From NCBI GenBank assembly GCA_964016885.1, contig OZ024741.1:155124001-155188000 (forward strand): 64,000 nucleotides of DNA, read 5' to 3'. The DNA is from Eledone cirrhosa (Eukaryota). The notes under the pieces were generated by a model. That model saw only the letters and a program-made list of their open reading frames with translations, did no database searches and was not told the DNA's origin. Below, piece by piece: positions 52,524 to 64,000 of the stretch. The translations under genes and the position numbers were made by a program. Numbering within the stretch: position 1 is the first letter of the stretch; every line of letters begins with the position of its first letter.

Positions 52524-55500
52524 CTAGCAGAAGAACCGCGCTTTGGGCAGTTTTCTGCTAGCATATGTAGTATGTATATTGATATATGCAAATATATATG
52601 CACATAGATATAATACGTAAATTGACAATATGCACATAAACTGAACAAAGACTGTGTTACACTTACTTCTGTAATCAGTAAAGTAATCCATGATACATTT
52701 TAAAAAAAAGGCGATAATGGAGCTGGAAAAGCGATGAAACTGTTGACGGAAAATGTTCATGAATCTTCTCTTGAGAATGTTGATGGGAAGCTTCAAGCAG
52801 TGAATTTGACAATAGATGCTGCTGGTATGAATGAATGAATTACATTTACCAATATGAAGAGTTGACTTTTGCTATATTGTTGTTTTACTGTATTCATATA
52901 TAGACTTCTTAAGTTTTTGTAGTGTCCCTTTTCTAGCAGTTAAAAGGTAACTGAAATGCATTTCAACTAAAAGAGTGATAGCTGTTTCACATTACTGTAG
53001 AATTTCTTTGTAGACACAGTTGTCAGCAAACAGTCCCTTCCATTTAATATTATTATATTTTCTTTTTTTGTAACTCGTGATAATGCAACATACATCTGAC
53101 CATGTGAGAAGAATTGTGTTGGTAGATATACACCTATCTTTTCAAATGTCTGCCCTTGTGCATTGTTGCATGTAAGGGCAAAGGCTGGTTTGACAGGAAA
53201 TTGCTTGTGAGTAAAGGTGAAAGGGAACTCAAGTTCTTGAGATACATGTGGTATCCTTGGGTTAGCAACCTTGTTCCAGCATTGGGACCCAATGCCACTT
53301 CAGCTTCAATTACATGATTATGTAAACTGATGATGATGTAGCGTGTATCATTGCAATGCCCATTTAGAGGATCCAGATTTCTCAGAAGCATAATGCAACA
53401 GCCTTTCTTCAGTTTAAGTATGTGTGTTGGGAAGCCTGATGGGGTAAGTTTGATGATGAACTCAATTGGATATTGCAGTTCATCGGTGAATTGGCAGTAT
53501 TGGTAGAGGGTCAGACGTCATGCTTTCCAGCATAGTGACGTCCCTTTATGGTCTGAGTTCAAATCCCATCGAGGTTAACTTTGCCTTTCATCCTTACCAG
53601 GTCGATAAAATAAAGTACCAGTAATGAACTGGGTAATTGCTGGCCTTGTGCCAAAAGTAGAAACAATTATCTACTGTATCAGAGCTTCTGTAGATTATTT
53701 CATGACAAGGGAACTTGTTGACCATGAACTCATTCACCAATCTTGCTGCATCATTTGTTGGAGTGATAATGGCTCTATATGCAAGCCATAGTGGGTTTGT
53801 GCAGTTTCCTGGAAGATTTGTATACACAAAATCACACAGTCCAGACACATTACCATATTCCAGACAAACTTCATTTGGCAGAAGAATTGAGAATGCACCT
53901 ACAGTTGGAATGTTACCATTTCCCACATCAAGAAGGTAGTTTGCAAGCTGTCTTTCATCAGAATCCTCTGCATTAATTAACCGTTGATTGGTTGTCATCT
54001 CCATGGTTTCCACATAGTCCCAGAGATAGGATCTCTTGATGGTTGCCTCAACTATTTGTGGTCTAGCAACATGACGTACAACTGGAAGAATTTGCTTCCA
54101 GTCACCAGATAGTAATACTGTTAGACCACCAAATGGCTTTTTGCAATCTCGAACACCTTTGAAGCTCCTGTCAAGGCATTCAAAGTTATGCTTATGTCCC
54201 ATACCTATCTCATCAATGATTAGCAGGTCAGCTTGCTGCATAAGTTTACCTGTGACATCCCTCTTTGTGAAGAAGCAAGTTGATTCAGCAGTCACATTGA
54301 GAGGAATCTTGCACTTGTGAAGCAAAGTGGCTGCTATTCCAGATATGGCAGTGGCAAGTGCAATTTTGTTTTTTAGATCGGAGGTAATCCAATAGGATGT
54401 TTATGACATAGGTCTTTCCTGTACCTGCACTTGCATTCAAGCAGAATATTCTGCCTCCATTTTCATTTACAGAGGTGATTACTTTGTGAAAAGTAACCAG
54501 TTGCTCAGGATTCAATGTTGGCAGAAGTTCATTTTTGGTTGCTTGCAGTTGGTGTGTATTGAAATCAGTTTCTGCCATAAGAACCCTGTTGATTTCTGGT
54601 ATGGCAACAATAGTTGGGTCTGGCCGAGGAAGTCCATAGTTGGCATGAATGTCCAAGCCATCATGTTGAAGTCTTTGTTGGATCTTCTGTAAAACAATCT
54701 GTACAGTTTGAATGGACATGACTTGCTCATGACGTTCATGATATCCTCTGCAAGACAATTCTTCCATTTCTCCCAGAACTGCAGAGGGTCATTTGGCATG
54801 CTGTACAATAAAATGGTGCAGAATATCTCTCGCAGTTGAAGACCAAGCATAATGGATGAGGCCTCTTCCATAGCTTTGGAATATCAATATACAATATGTT
54901 TTGTACCAGTGGGTCTCTAATATTCTGTTGAAAATATTCCGTCAACTTAGTCATTGGCTGTCCCCGAGAAACAATACTTTCTTCCTGCCCTCGCTCATAC
55001 ACAACCATTTGTTCCCCAGGTAAATGGCAAGGCAACTTTTCAACTGGCGGTTTTCGATGATGTAATGGAAATTTATAGATTCTCCAGAATGCTTCACTGG
55101 CTGAGATGTACTGTGCATTGATATAGGTCTCAATCTCATTTGGGGCATGGACACAATTTCCTTGATCATCCTTAATGGTGAAAGTGATCTTGTCTGATCC
55201 TTTTGTGATGTACTTATATAAGTACTTAACAGCCTTGACACTGTGGTCAACCTCGCAATTGATGTGGCACTGATATCTCAATGAGAGGAAAGGGTTGTAT
55301 GGAACAATCCAACGATTATCAACAGTAAATTCTTGACCTTTAAGTTGGATTGTATGGGTGTGACCACCATGCTGTCTATCCCTTCTTCTATACTCCGGAA
55401 AGGAATTTTCGGCAACAAATGTGGTTTGTCTGAATGCCTTGGGATAACTTTTTGAGCAATGGCGTTGTTGTCCTAGCCCTTCCATACATGAGCACATCAT

Positions 55501-55985
55501 ATTAGCTTGTCCATACGGGCCATGAATGTTGCAGGATGTGATGATCTTATGCAGAATTGGATTGGTCTCTTTATCAGGAATCTCACAGTACACTACCTGA
55601 TCAATGGCGTCAGCAGTTTTGGGCTTGCTATCTTCAGCCATTATCAGCAGAATATGAGCATGAGTGAGGCCTCGTTTTCTGCCACTCTATTGTAGCAGAA
55701 TGAGCCACAACTTTTCCTAGGACATTTTTTTTTCAGTATGTCATCCATGAGGCTGTCATACTTGATCTTGAAGACTCTTGCACAAATATCAGGACGGTCT
55801 CTAGGTTCTTCAGGGTACAAACTATTTTTTATTTCATCCCAGTTAGGGTTAGTTGTTACCGTGATGAAATAAGATGGCTTTCCCATGTGTCGAACCACAG
55901 TCATCAAATTCTGAAAGCACTCACTGTAGAAGCGAGGGGAACCATAGATTAAAGGAGGAAGAACAATTCTCCGGCCTGCACTTGT
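52524..55985 (-). mobile_element. Decayed Helitron (RepHel), 5'-truncated, SINE-interrupted
   Basis: Rep motifs GKPSYFITVTTNPNW, RPDICARVF, HAHILL, DNRWIVPYN, HINCE, KYLYKYITKGSD; PIF1 motifs AGTGKT, IIDE, PFGG..LLSGDWKQILPV, MLLRNL; 3' hairpin plus CTAG. Confidence 0.95.
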
Positions 55986-57005
55986 TTCAGACGCTAGACT
56001 GTGCCCATGCTAGGGTACCACGATTAAAGAATTTTCTTGACCTCAATTCCAGTACATATATTTTAAAATCTAGTATTTATTTTATTGATCTCTTCTATTC
56101 TCTTTGAAACGTGTGTGTGTGTCTATATGTTCATATGTATGATGGTACCCTATCGCTTGCGATGAGGATTCTTCCAGCTAGGTTTCTCAAATGGAACTGC
56201 CTGAAATTAAGGTGAGAGTGTCTGAGCCTTCCATAGACACGTATAACGGGGGGTTTCAGGGTGGAACTACATTGGTTCTTCAACTTACTGGCAGAGTACA
56301 CTTTATTTTACTTCAGTGGAGAGAAGAAAGGCGAAATAAAGTGTCTTGCTCAAGAACACAACGCACTGATGGGATTTGAACTCTCGACATTACAATCACG
56401 AGACACACACAGACATAAACACACACACATACACAGATACAGTAACACACATATGCACACACACACACATAAGCAAACAGATACAAACACATATATATAC
56501 ACATAAACACTTATGCACACAGACAGATACACACATATACATACACATAAACACACCACACATACATATATATATATATATATACCTGTATGAGGTAGTC
56601 TATGTACTTATGCAATGATAAAAAGAATATACACCTCTGGATTGAATCATTGGTACTGTAGTAAATTATCCTTTCCTTATTTCCACATCTTCACATACAT
56701 ACACACAGCCACATATACAGATAACCACACTATCGTCTATCTTTCTATCTACCTACCTATATATCTATGTATCGATCTATCGACCTATCTATCTACCTGC
56801 CAACCTACCTGTCTATCTACCTCTCTCTCTCTCACACACACACACAAATATATCTATTCTAGAGAGTGTGTCTGTTAGATGTATAATTGCATTTCAAGAA
56901 TTACAAAAAATTTGCAAGTTACTTCATCCGGGGAGGATTAATAATAGCTTCACTAACCCCGGAAGATGATTTGGGTGTAGTATGTATGTGTGTCTATATA
57001 TATAT

Positions 57006-57330
57006 ATGGCTTAGTGGTTAGAGCATTGGCCTTGCAATCGAAAGGTTGTGAGTTCAATTCTTAGACCGGGTGATGTGTTGTTTCCTTGAGCAAGACACTT
57101 TATTTTACATTGCTCCAGTTTACTCAGCTGTAGAAATGAGATGCAAAGTAGTCATTCCATGGCAAAGTGGTCATGGAGGTGCCACGGCAAAAAAAGCATC
57201 CAGCACTCACTGTAAATGAGGTTGATATGTTAGGAGGGGCATCCAGCTGTAGAAATCAAGCCGGGATCAGTTCCCGTCCCACCCTTGCAAGCAGGGAAAA
57301 GCGGACGTAAAATGATGATGATGATGATGA
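57006..57330 (+). mobile_element. SINE family A
   Basis: Matches 38674-39058. Confidence 0.9.
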
Positions 57331-57344
57331 TATATATATATATT

Positions 57345-57752
57345 CGCCCATGCGCAGTACGGACCGGTTTTCGTGCATGCACAGTACGGACCAACCTTCA
57401 CGCATGCGCACTTTGGACCAGCCTTCGCGCCTGTGCACTTCGGACCAGCCTTCGCGCATGTGCACTTCGGACCAGCCTTCGTGCATGCGCACTTCGGTCC
57501 AACCTTTGCGCATGCGCAGTACAGACCAGCCTTCGCCCTTGAGCACTTCGGACCAGCCTTCGCGCATGCGCACTTCGGACCAGCCTTCGCCCATGCGCAC
57601 TTCAGACCAGACTTTGCGCATGCGCACTTCGGACCAGCCTTTGCCCATGCACACTTCGGACCAGACTTCGTGTATGTGCACTTTGGACCAGCCTTCGCGT
57701 GTGTGCACTTCGGACCAGACTTCGAGCATGCGCACTTCGGACCAGACTTTGC
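57345..57752. repeat. GC-rich 27-bp minisatellite (~15 units)
   Basis: gcatgcgcacttcggaccagccttcgc units. Confidence 0.95.
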
Positions 57753-58034
57753 CTATATATATGACTATGTATGAATAGATATATTTATGTGTGTCCATTA
57801 GACGTATTATTGCATTTCATGAATTACGAATAATTTGCAAGTTACTTCACCCGGGGAGGATTAATAATAGCTTCACTAACTTCGGAAGACGATTTGTGTG
57901 TGGTGTGGTATGTATGTGTGTGTGTATATATATAAATATATATATATGTGTGTGTGTGTGTGTCTACATCAGACATAATTTATATGCTATTACATTTATA
58001 TATTTCTAATCAATGGGCGTACAACAGTGCTTTA

Positions 58035-58877
58035 TCTAAACTATAATAAAGCAAGAAGCACGGGACTGCGTACAGTTTATAATTTTTTTTATCCTCTTAG
58101 TAAAATAAGTTGGATTACTTTGAATAAATAATGAATGAATATTACATAATTTATCTACTAAATTTTGTGGCTGTTCATTAAATATATTTTATTACTTATT
58201 TAAAGATTCACTTCTTTAAAATTTTCAAATGTCAACACTTCCGGTTAGTGATCGTTTAAATAAATATTCATATATATATCACTAATTTTTTTCTAATCCA
58301 GATTATATATAATATCGTCTTATTTTAATATATCATGGATTACGTTACTGATTACATAAGAGAGTGTAACACAGTCTTCGTTCAATTTCTGTGTATATTG
58401 TCAATTACGATTTTATTTGATCATATGTACATGCATATATACTTGCGTATAATATCAATATACACACTACACATGCTAGCAGATATATAATATCATCCTT
58501 TTCTAAAGTATCACGGATTACGTTACTGATTAAATAAGACAATGTAACACAGTCTTCGTTCAATTTCTGTGTATATTGTCAATTACGGTTTTATTTGATG
58601 TATCATATCTACATGCATATATACTTGCGTATAATATCAATATACACACTACACATGCTAGAAGATATATAATATCGTCTTTTTTTAATGTATCATGGAT
58701 TACGTTCCTGATTAAATAAGACAATGTAACACAGTCTTCGTTCAATTTCTGTGTATATTGTCAATTACGGTTTTATTTAATGTATCATATCTACATGCAT
58801 ATATACTTGCGTATAATATCAATATACACACTACACATGCTAGCAGAAAACCACCTGAAGGCAGGTTTTTCTGCTAG
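58035..58877 (+). mobile_element. Non-autonomous Helitron with an internal ~182-bp triplication
   Basis: A|TC 5' end, hairpin plus CTAG|T 3' end; 3' region matches the Helitron end at 52524-52720. Confidence 0.9.
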
Positions 58878-59314
58878 TTATATTAAATGAGTTTAAAAAA
58901 AAAGAGTTAATAAATAAATAAAGAGTTAATAAATAAATAAAACGTTATACTTGTTTTACCCTCCCATTTCCAATTGAACCGAACGCTATCATGACTGTAT
59001 GTGTGTGTGAATGTATGTATGTTTGTGTGAATGTATGTATTTTTGTGTGAATTATGTCCGTGAGTGTGTATTTTTATAAGTTTGTGTTTGCGCGATTATA
59101 GTTATATACTCATACATATAGATGTATGTATGTGCACACTCATACGCGTCAGTATGTAGAAAATCATAATCTCTTTATCTCTCTCATCACACACTCTCTT
59201 TCTATATATATGGTAGTTGAAGTGGTGGTGGTGGCGACGATATATCGGAAGTGCAACTTTGAAAAGAAGTCAATTTTAGATTATTTATTTTTACAAAATT
59301 ATTTGTTTACGAAA

Positions 59315-59625
59315 TTTAGTACATAAATTATGTAATATTCATTCATTATTTATTCAAAGTATGGTGGATTGGCAGTATCGGTAGAGGGTCGGATGCCATG
59401 CTTTGCAGCAAAGAGTTACGGCTCTTTATGGTCTGAGTTCAAATCCCACCGAGGTTAACTTTACCTTTCATCCTTACGGGGTCGATAAAATAAAGTACCA
59501 GTAATACACTTGTGCCAAAAGTAGAAGCAATTATTTATTCAAAGTAATCCAACTTATTTTACTAACTGGATTAAAAGAAATAAACTGTATACAGTCCTGC
59601 AGCCCTTGCTTTATTATAGTTTAGA
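59315..59625 (-). mobile_element. 5' fragment of the same non-autonomous Helitron, interrupted by SINE B
   Basis: Reverse complement of 58035-58165; SINE TSD ttatttattcaaagta. Confidence 0.8.
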
Positions 59626-60000
59626 TACATATGCATATATATATATGAGGACCCTCAGTTATGTCAAAAAGACATAACGAACTCTCCTGAGCACTCAGAA
59701 TGTAACATCACCAGAAATAAGCGAGACACAGATCCATGGCCTGCCTGGGAGATCAGTGGCTTCACATCAGTACTGACTTGATATGTATGGACCCATCCAA
59801 CCATTGTTAGCAGGGAAAGCAGATATTAAAACGATGATGATGATGATGATGCTATATATATATATAAACATATATATATATATACAGGGAGTGTAGGTTA
59901 CTGTAGGTTCACCCAGGTGAGCACTCGATGTTTAGGTTCACTTCAGTGTCGAGGTGTAGAGCTAGACAGAGTGATTCATTTTTCCATTACCATTACAAGG

Positions 60001-60085
60001 GGTCTGATGAGCCGCAGATTACAGAGTCGGGTTAGATCGATACAGATCAAACCTTGAGCTGATCAGTGGCGAAACGCGTGTCACC
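60001..60085 (+). ncRNA. Type I hammerhead ribozyme motif
   Basis: ggt-CTGATGA-gccgc...gtggc-GAAAC-gcgt-GTC-acc; canonical GUC site. Confidence 0.8.
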
Positions 60086-60091
60086 AACCAA

Positions 60092-60589
60092 TCTTAACTA
60101 TAATAAAGAAAGGAGTGTGGGACTGCGTCCAGAATATATTTTTTTACCCCGTTTGTAAAATAAGTTGGATTACTTTGAATAAATAATGAATGAATATTAC
60201 ATAATTTATGTGCTAGATTTCGTGGCTGTTGATTAAATATATTTTATAGCTTATTTAAAGATTCACTTCTTTAACATTATTAAATGTCAACACTTCTGGT
60301 TAGCGGCCGTTATATTATAACACTTATAAAAATATCGCATGTATTTCCGTCACTAATTTTCTCCTAATGCATTTTATATATAATATAATCTTTTTTTAAT
60401 ATATCATGGATTATGTTACTGATTACATAAAACAGTGTAACACAGTCTTCATTCAATTTCTGTGTATATTGTCAATTACGATTTTATTTGATGTATCATA
60501 TCTACATGCATATATATTTGTGTATAATATCAATATACACACTACACATGCTAGCAGAAAACCACCTGAAGAGTGTTTTTTTCTGCTAG
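60092..60589 (+). mobile_element. Non-autonomous Helitron (single-unit copy)
   Basis: A|TC start, same body as the 58035 copy, CTAG end. Confidence 0.88.
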
Positions 60590-60836
60590 CATGTGTAGTG
60601 TGTATAGCAGGACTAAAATGCCACATCCGTTATGCTCATGCTTAAGTATCAAGCAATGGGATTACTCAATATCGAGTTGCAGCCATCATATCATCATCAT
60701 CATCATCATTTCATTTTACGTCCGCTTTTTCCCTGCTTGCAAGGGTGGGACGGGAACTGATTCTGGCTTGATTTCTACAGCTGGATGCCCTTCCTAACAC
60801 CAACCAAATATATAGATAGATGATGATATATATATA

Positions 60837-61030
60837 CAAGGTCTGTCTGAAAAGTAATGGGACTGATGTCACAAACAATCTATTTCAATTCCAAATAACA
60901 AATTACGTGGTTTCCCCTTCAAAGTAGTCCCTTTTGAGTCTAATACACTTTTCCATCCTTCTCTGCCATGCTTCTTATGCACTGCTGGAAGGATTCTTCT
61001 GGGATGCCGCCTCAGCTCCTTTGTTATGGC
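60837..61030 (-). mobile_element. Mariner 3' end fragment
   Basis: TIR similar to the 29979 element; GDYFEG-like end. Confidence 0.7.
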
Positions 61031-61730
61031 CCAGCCACAAATGCCAGCTACACTGCCTTTTCCAGTCTTTCTCCTGAAAATCCAGAGAGTGTGGCCAATC
61101 TTTAGCGTTCCTTCGCATTCACATCCACATATTCTCCCATCCACCTCGTCTTTCTCTAATTTGGCAAATGCAATATACAACCCTTCTGTGAATGCTTTCT
61201 TTAAGTGCTGTTCAATCGTCTCTACATCCAGCTGGTTTGCTTCGTCCAGTTTGAGGTATAACAGCAATGCATTTCTCTCCATATACAGTGCCATCAGGCC
61301 TGCCACATCTTTGATGCTTATAATCTAGCTCACACCTTGATTTTATGAATCCAGATGATAACATCACTCTTGCCAGAGAAGGATCTGATGGCATTGCTAC
61401 CAATTCTTAACTTTGTTGACATATTGTCTGCAGCCAAGAATAAAGGAAGAAAAGAAAAAAATGCATGCTGCTGAAATAGCTTGTGGTACAAGTGGGGATG
61501 GACATAGATCACTTACTTCATGGAATTTCTCACTGGTTGATCTTGTCCATGAATGTCCTGCCTGCTAAGATCTTCTAGACAGAATGTATAAACATATAAC
61601 TCCGGTGCATGGAACAAAAACACATCCTGCTCCCCAACCGATCAATAGTGAGCGAGACCTATTACCCATTATGTGACGCCATTCTGCTTTTCTGCTTCTG
61701 ACAAGGCCCTCCAGCCCCATGACCTCACTG
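61030..61730 (-). mobile_element. Gypsy-like LTR retrotransposon remnant (LTR plus gag N-terminus)
   Basis: IRSFSGKSDVIIWIHKIK...LYMERNALLLYLKL...LKKAF...GESVD gag-like pattern; TGG PBS-like start near 61435. Confidence 0.55.
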
Positions 61731-61734
61731 ACCT

Positions 61735-62600
61735 TATACTTTTGGCAAGGCCCCAGCCCTACAATAACTCTTGTCATATGCATCACCTAGAGCTTTCTTG
61801 AGCTTATATTCAACAGAAAGGTCCATCAGCTATCATATTCTCCTCCTACAAATCTTTCTTTGTTTCTTGTTGTCTTGTGCTTGTTCTGATGTCACTAATA
61901 GCTACATATGTTGGGTGGTGCATTCTTCTCTGGGGAGCGACTTAAATTTCATAACCATTTTTCTATCCTATTTTCTAACAAGTAGAAAGTCACTATGGAT
62001 TGAATGTTCACCTGATTGGTAGATGATCAGATGGCTGACTGGTTTTCTGAAGTTAGTGTTGTGATTGGTTGGTTCATTTGTATCACAAAATTTTAGGAGT
62101 CTTATCCTTTTTTAATTTCTTGATCCATAACCATAGCCACCATGTTCTCTGGTGTAGTGATTCTTGTGCTGCCCAACATGTCCATTGAAGTTACAAACTA
62201 TAATGATGAGGTCTCTGTCATCAGTAACTGAGGTTGTCTGTAAAAGTTCCTTATAGGAATGGTCCTTTTATCCTTTACTTATTCCTGCAATTGGTGCTTA
62301 GGAAGAGATAAGTTATCATTCTACTGCCCATAACTATTCTGTGCTTAAAAACTGTGTCACTTACTCTAATTACCTCAATCAACTTATCTAGGCCTACTGC
62401 ACATACTTCCTCATCATTTCCTACCCAGAAAAGCTTATATCTATATTGTTTGCCTGTAAGTATGTTTTGATGTGCCAGCCCTCCATCCCACCTCTTGAAC
62501 ACATCATACATCTATTCATCTCTTCTCAAGCAGCTCTACAATTTCTCCAGATCTACCTTTCTCTATACCCACAGTGGTCCTTTTGTAGTAGTTCTCTGTA
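61735..62600 (-). mobile_element. Decayed RTE endonuclease N-terminal region
   Basis: YKLFWVGN, NFNGHVG, NTNFRK motifs. Confidence 0.8.
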
Positions 62601-63521
62601 CCTAGAAGATAAAACAGGTGAGTGATTGCTTCATAGCATTTGAGGGGTTCTTACATATACCTTAGTTAATCACCACATTACTGTGCACACCGCAAACATG
62701 ATTAGTGTTAGCCTTGTATGCACAATTTGTGTGAATCTTAAATATTGTGTTTTTCATATTTATGGCAAGGTCTTCCTGGCAGTATGCCCTTCCTAATAGC
62801 AGCCACATGGACTGGGTGTATTTTTTTGTGTCATCAGCATTAGAGAGGTTGTCTGAATAGACACAATGATTCTACATATTGTATTAGTTTTTATTCAGAG
62901 TGACTGCTCTCCAAGACTAGGTGCCTTTACTATGGCTTATGGAAGCCACATCCGCTCTATGCAGTCTTATTTAATTCAGAGCAACTGCCCTCCTAAATGG
63001 GCTTCATCCCTGTAACTTATGGAACCTGCGTCTACTCCATGAAGTCATTAGTTTATGATTAGAAAAGACAAACACAGAGATTCAATTGCACAATTTTTTT
63101 TGTGTCTATAAAATACACACACACATGCAGACACATATATATGCTATGTACATGCTGCTTTGCTGGTGAATACCAAGCTACCAGCATAAATGTGACCTAA
63201 CCCCTGCCCATGTCCCCACCTTCCACTATCACCCTCTAGTAGCTATCCTCATTATCATTGCACACCCCTTCCTTTCCCTGCCACCTATGCTATTACTTCT
63301 TAGCTATTCCTCTCCCGCAAAAGTCCTTAGGTACCCCTGTGCATTCCACCTTGTGCATCTCACCCATGCCATCTACCACTCCTTACCTATTGCACCCTAG
63401 TAGCTACTTTCTCCATCACTACACTGCCTCCCAAAATACCAAACACCAGTGCCTCTCCCGTCGACCACCACATTAATGACCATGTTACTCACACTATCAC
63501 CGCTTAAGTATTCTAACCATC

Positions 63522-64000
63522 ACTAGATAGAGGAAACTATAGAGGTATAAAGTTGATGGACCAGGTCATGAAAGTAACAGAAAGAGTTATAGCACAGCTG
63601 ATTAGGGACCGGGTGAATATAGACGAGATGCAATTTGGGTTTGTACCAGGGAAAGGCACCACTGATGCGCTCTTCCTTGTGAGGCAATTACAGGAAAAGT
63701 ACCTAGCTAAAAGTAAGCCACTCTACTTGGCATTTGTCGACCTTGAGAAAGCCTTTGACAGAGTTCCACGTGCAGTAATCTGGTGGGCTCTTAGAAAACT
63801 AGGAGTAGATGAATGGCTTGTGAAAGCGGTACAAGCCATGTATAGGGGAGCAGTCAGCAAAGTTAGGATTGGCAATGAGTATAGCGAGGAATTTAGCGTA
63901 CAGGTTGGGGTCCACCAGGGCTCTGTTCTTAGCCCTCTCCTGTTCATCATAGTCCTGCAGGCAATAACGGAGGAGTTTAAGACCGGATGCCCATGGGAAC
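63522..64000 (+). mobile_element. RTE RT fragment running off the window end
   Basis: NYRGIKL...QFGF...DLEKAFD...GVHQGSVLSP...GCPWE, open frame. Confidence 0.93.

Noticed and set aside
53594-55907. Host PIF1 helicase gene
   Set aside because: Fused to Rep motifs, many frameshifts, Helitron 3' terminus; the ORF end runs into a SINE
57256-57798. Repeat-protein ORFs (AHAHFGPAF / MRTSDQPSR)
   Set aside because: Open in several frames because of the 27-bp unit; no splice or coding support

Overview
Eukaryotic, AT-rich and repeat-dense genomic DNA. The SINE/RTE families and (TA)n load resemble an octopod cephalopod (inference). There is one host gene, RBM48 (minor-spliceosome RRM protein), on the + strand: 6 coding exons from 10238 to 33336, about 503 aa, plus a probable 3'UTR intron and last exon at about 35152-35670. 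The rest is mobile DNA: about 12 RTE LINE fragments (ORF2 carries a PHD finger), two tRNA-derived SINE families, CR1 and L1/Tx1 fragments, mariner derivatives, a decayed Rep/PIF1 Helitron with non-autonomous partners, a Gypsy gag remnant, a Penelope-like element with a twin-priming-type inversion, MITEs and minisatellites. The most notable unannotated signal is four type I hammerhead ribozyme motifs read directly from the sequence: 14060-14117 (+), 16376-16416 (-), 50982-51051 (+, mirrored inside a perfect 337-bp palindrome) and 60001-60085 (+). Two fragments of one family (16251-16425 and 52307-52517) are circular permutations of each other. They define a roughly 315-nt hammerhead-to-hammerhead monomer, the architecture of a non-LTR retrozyme (circular-RNA retroelement). 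All calls were made by eye; no searches were run.
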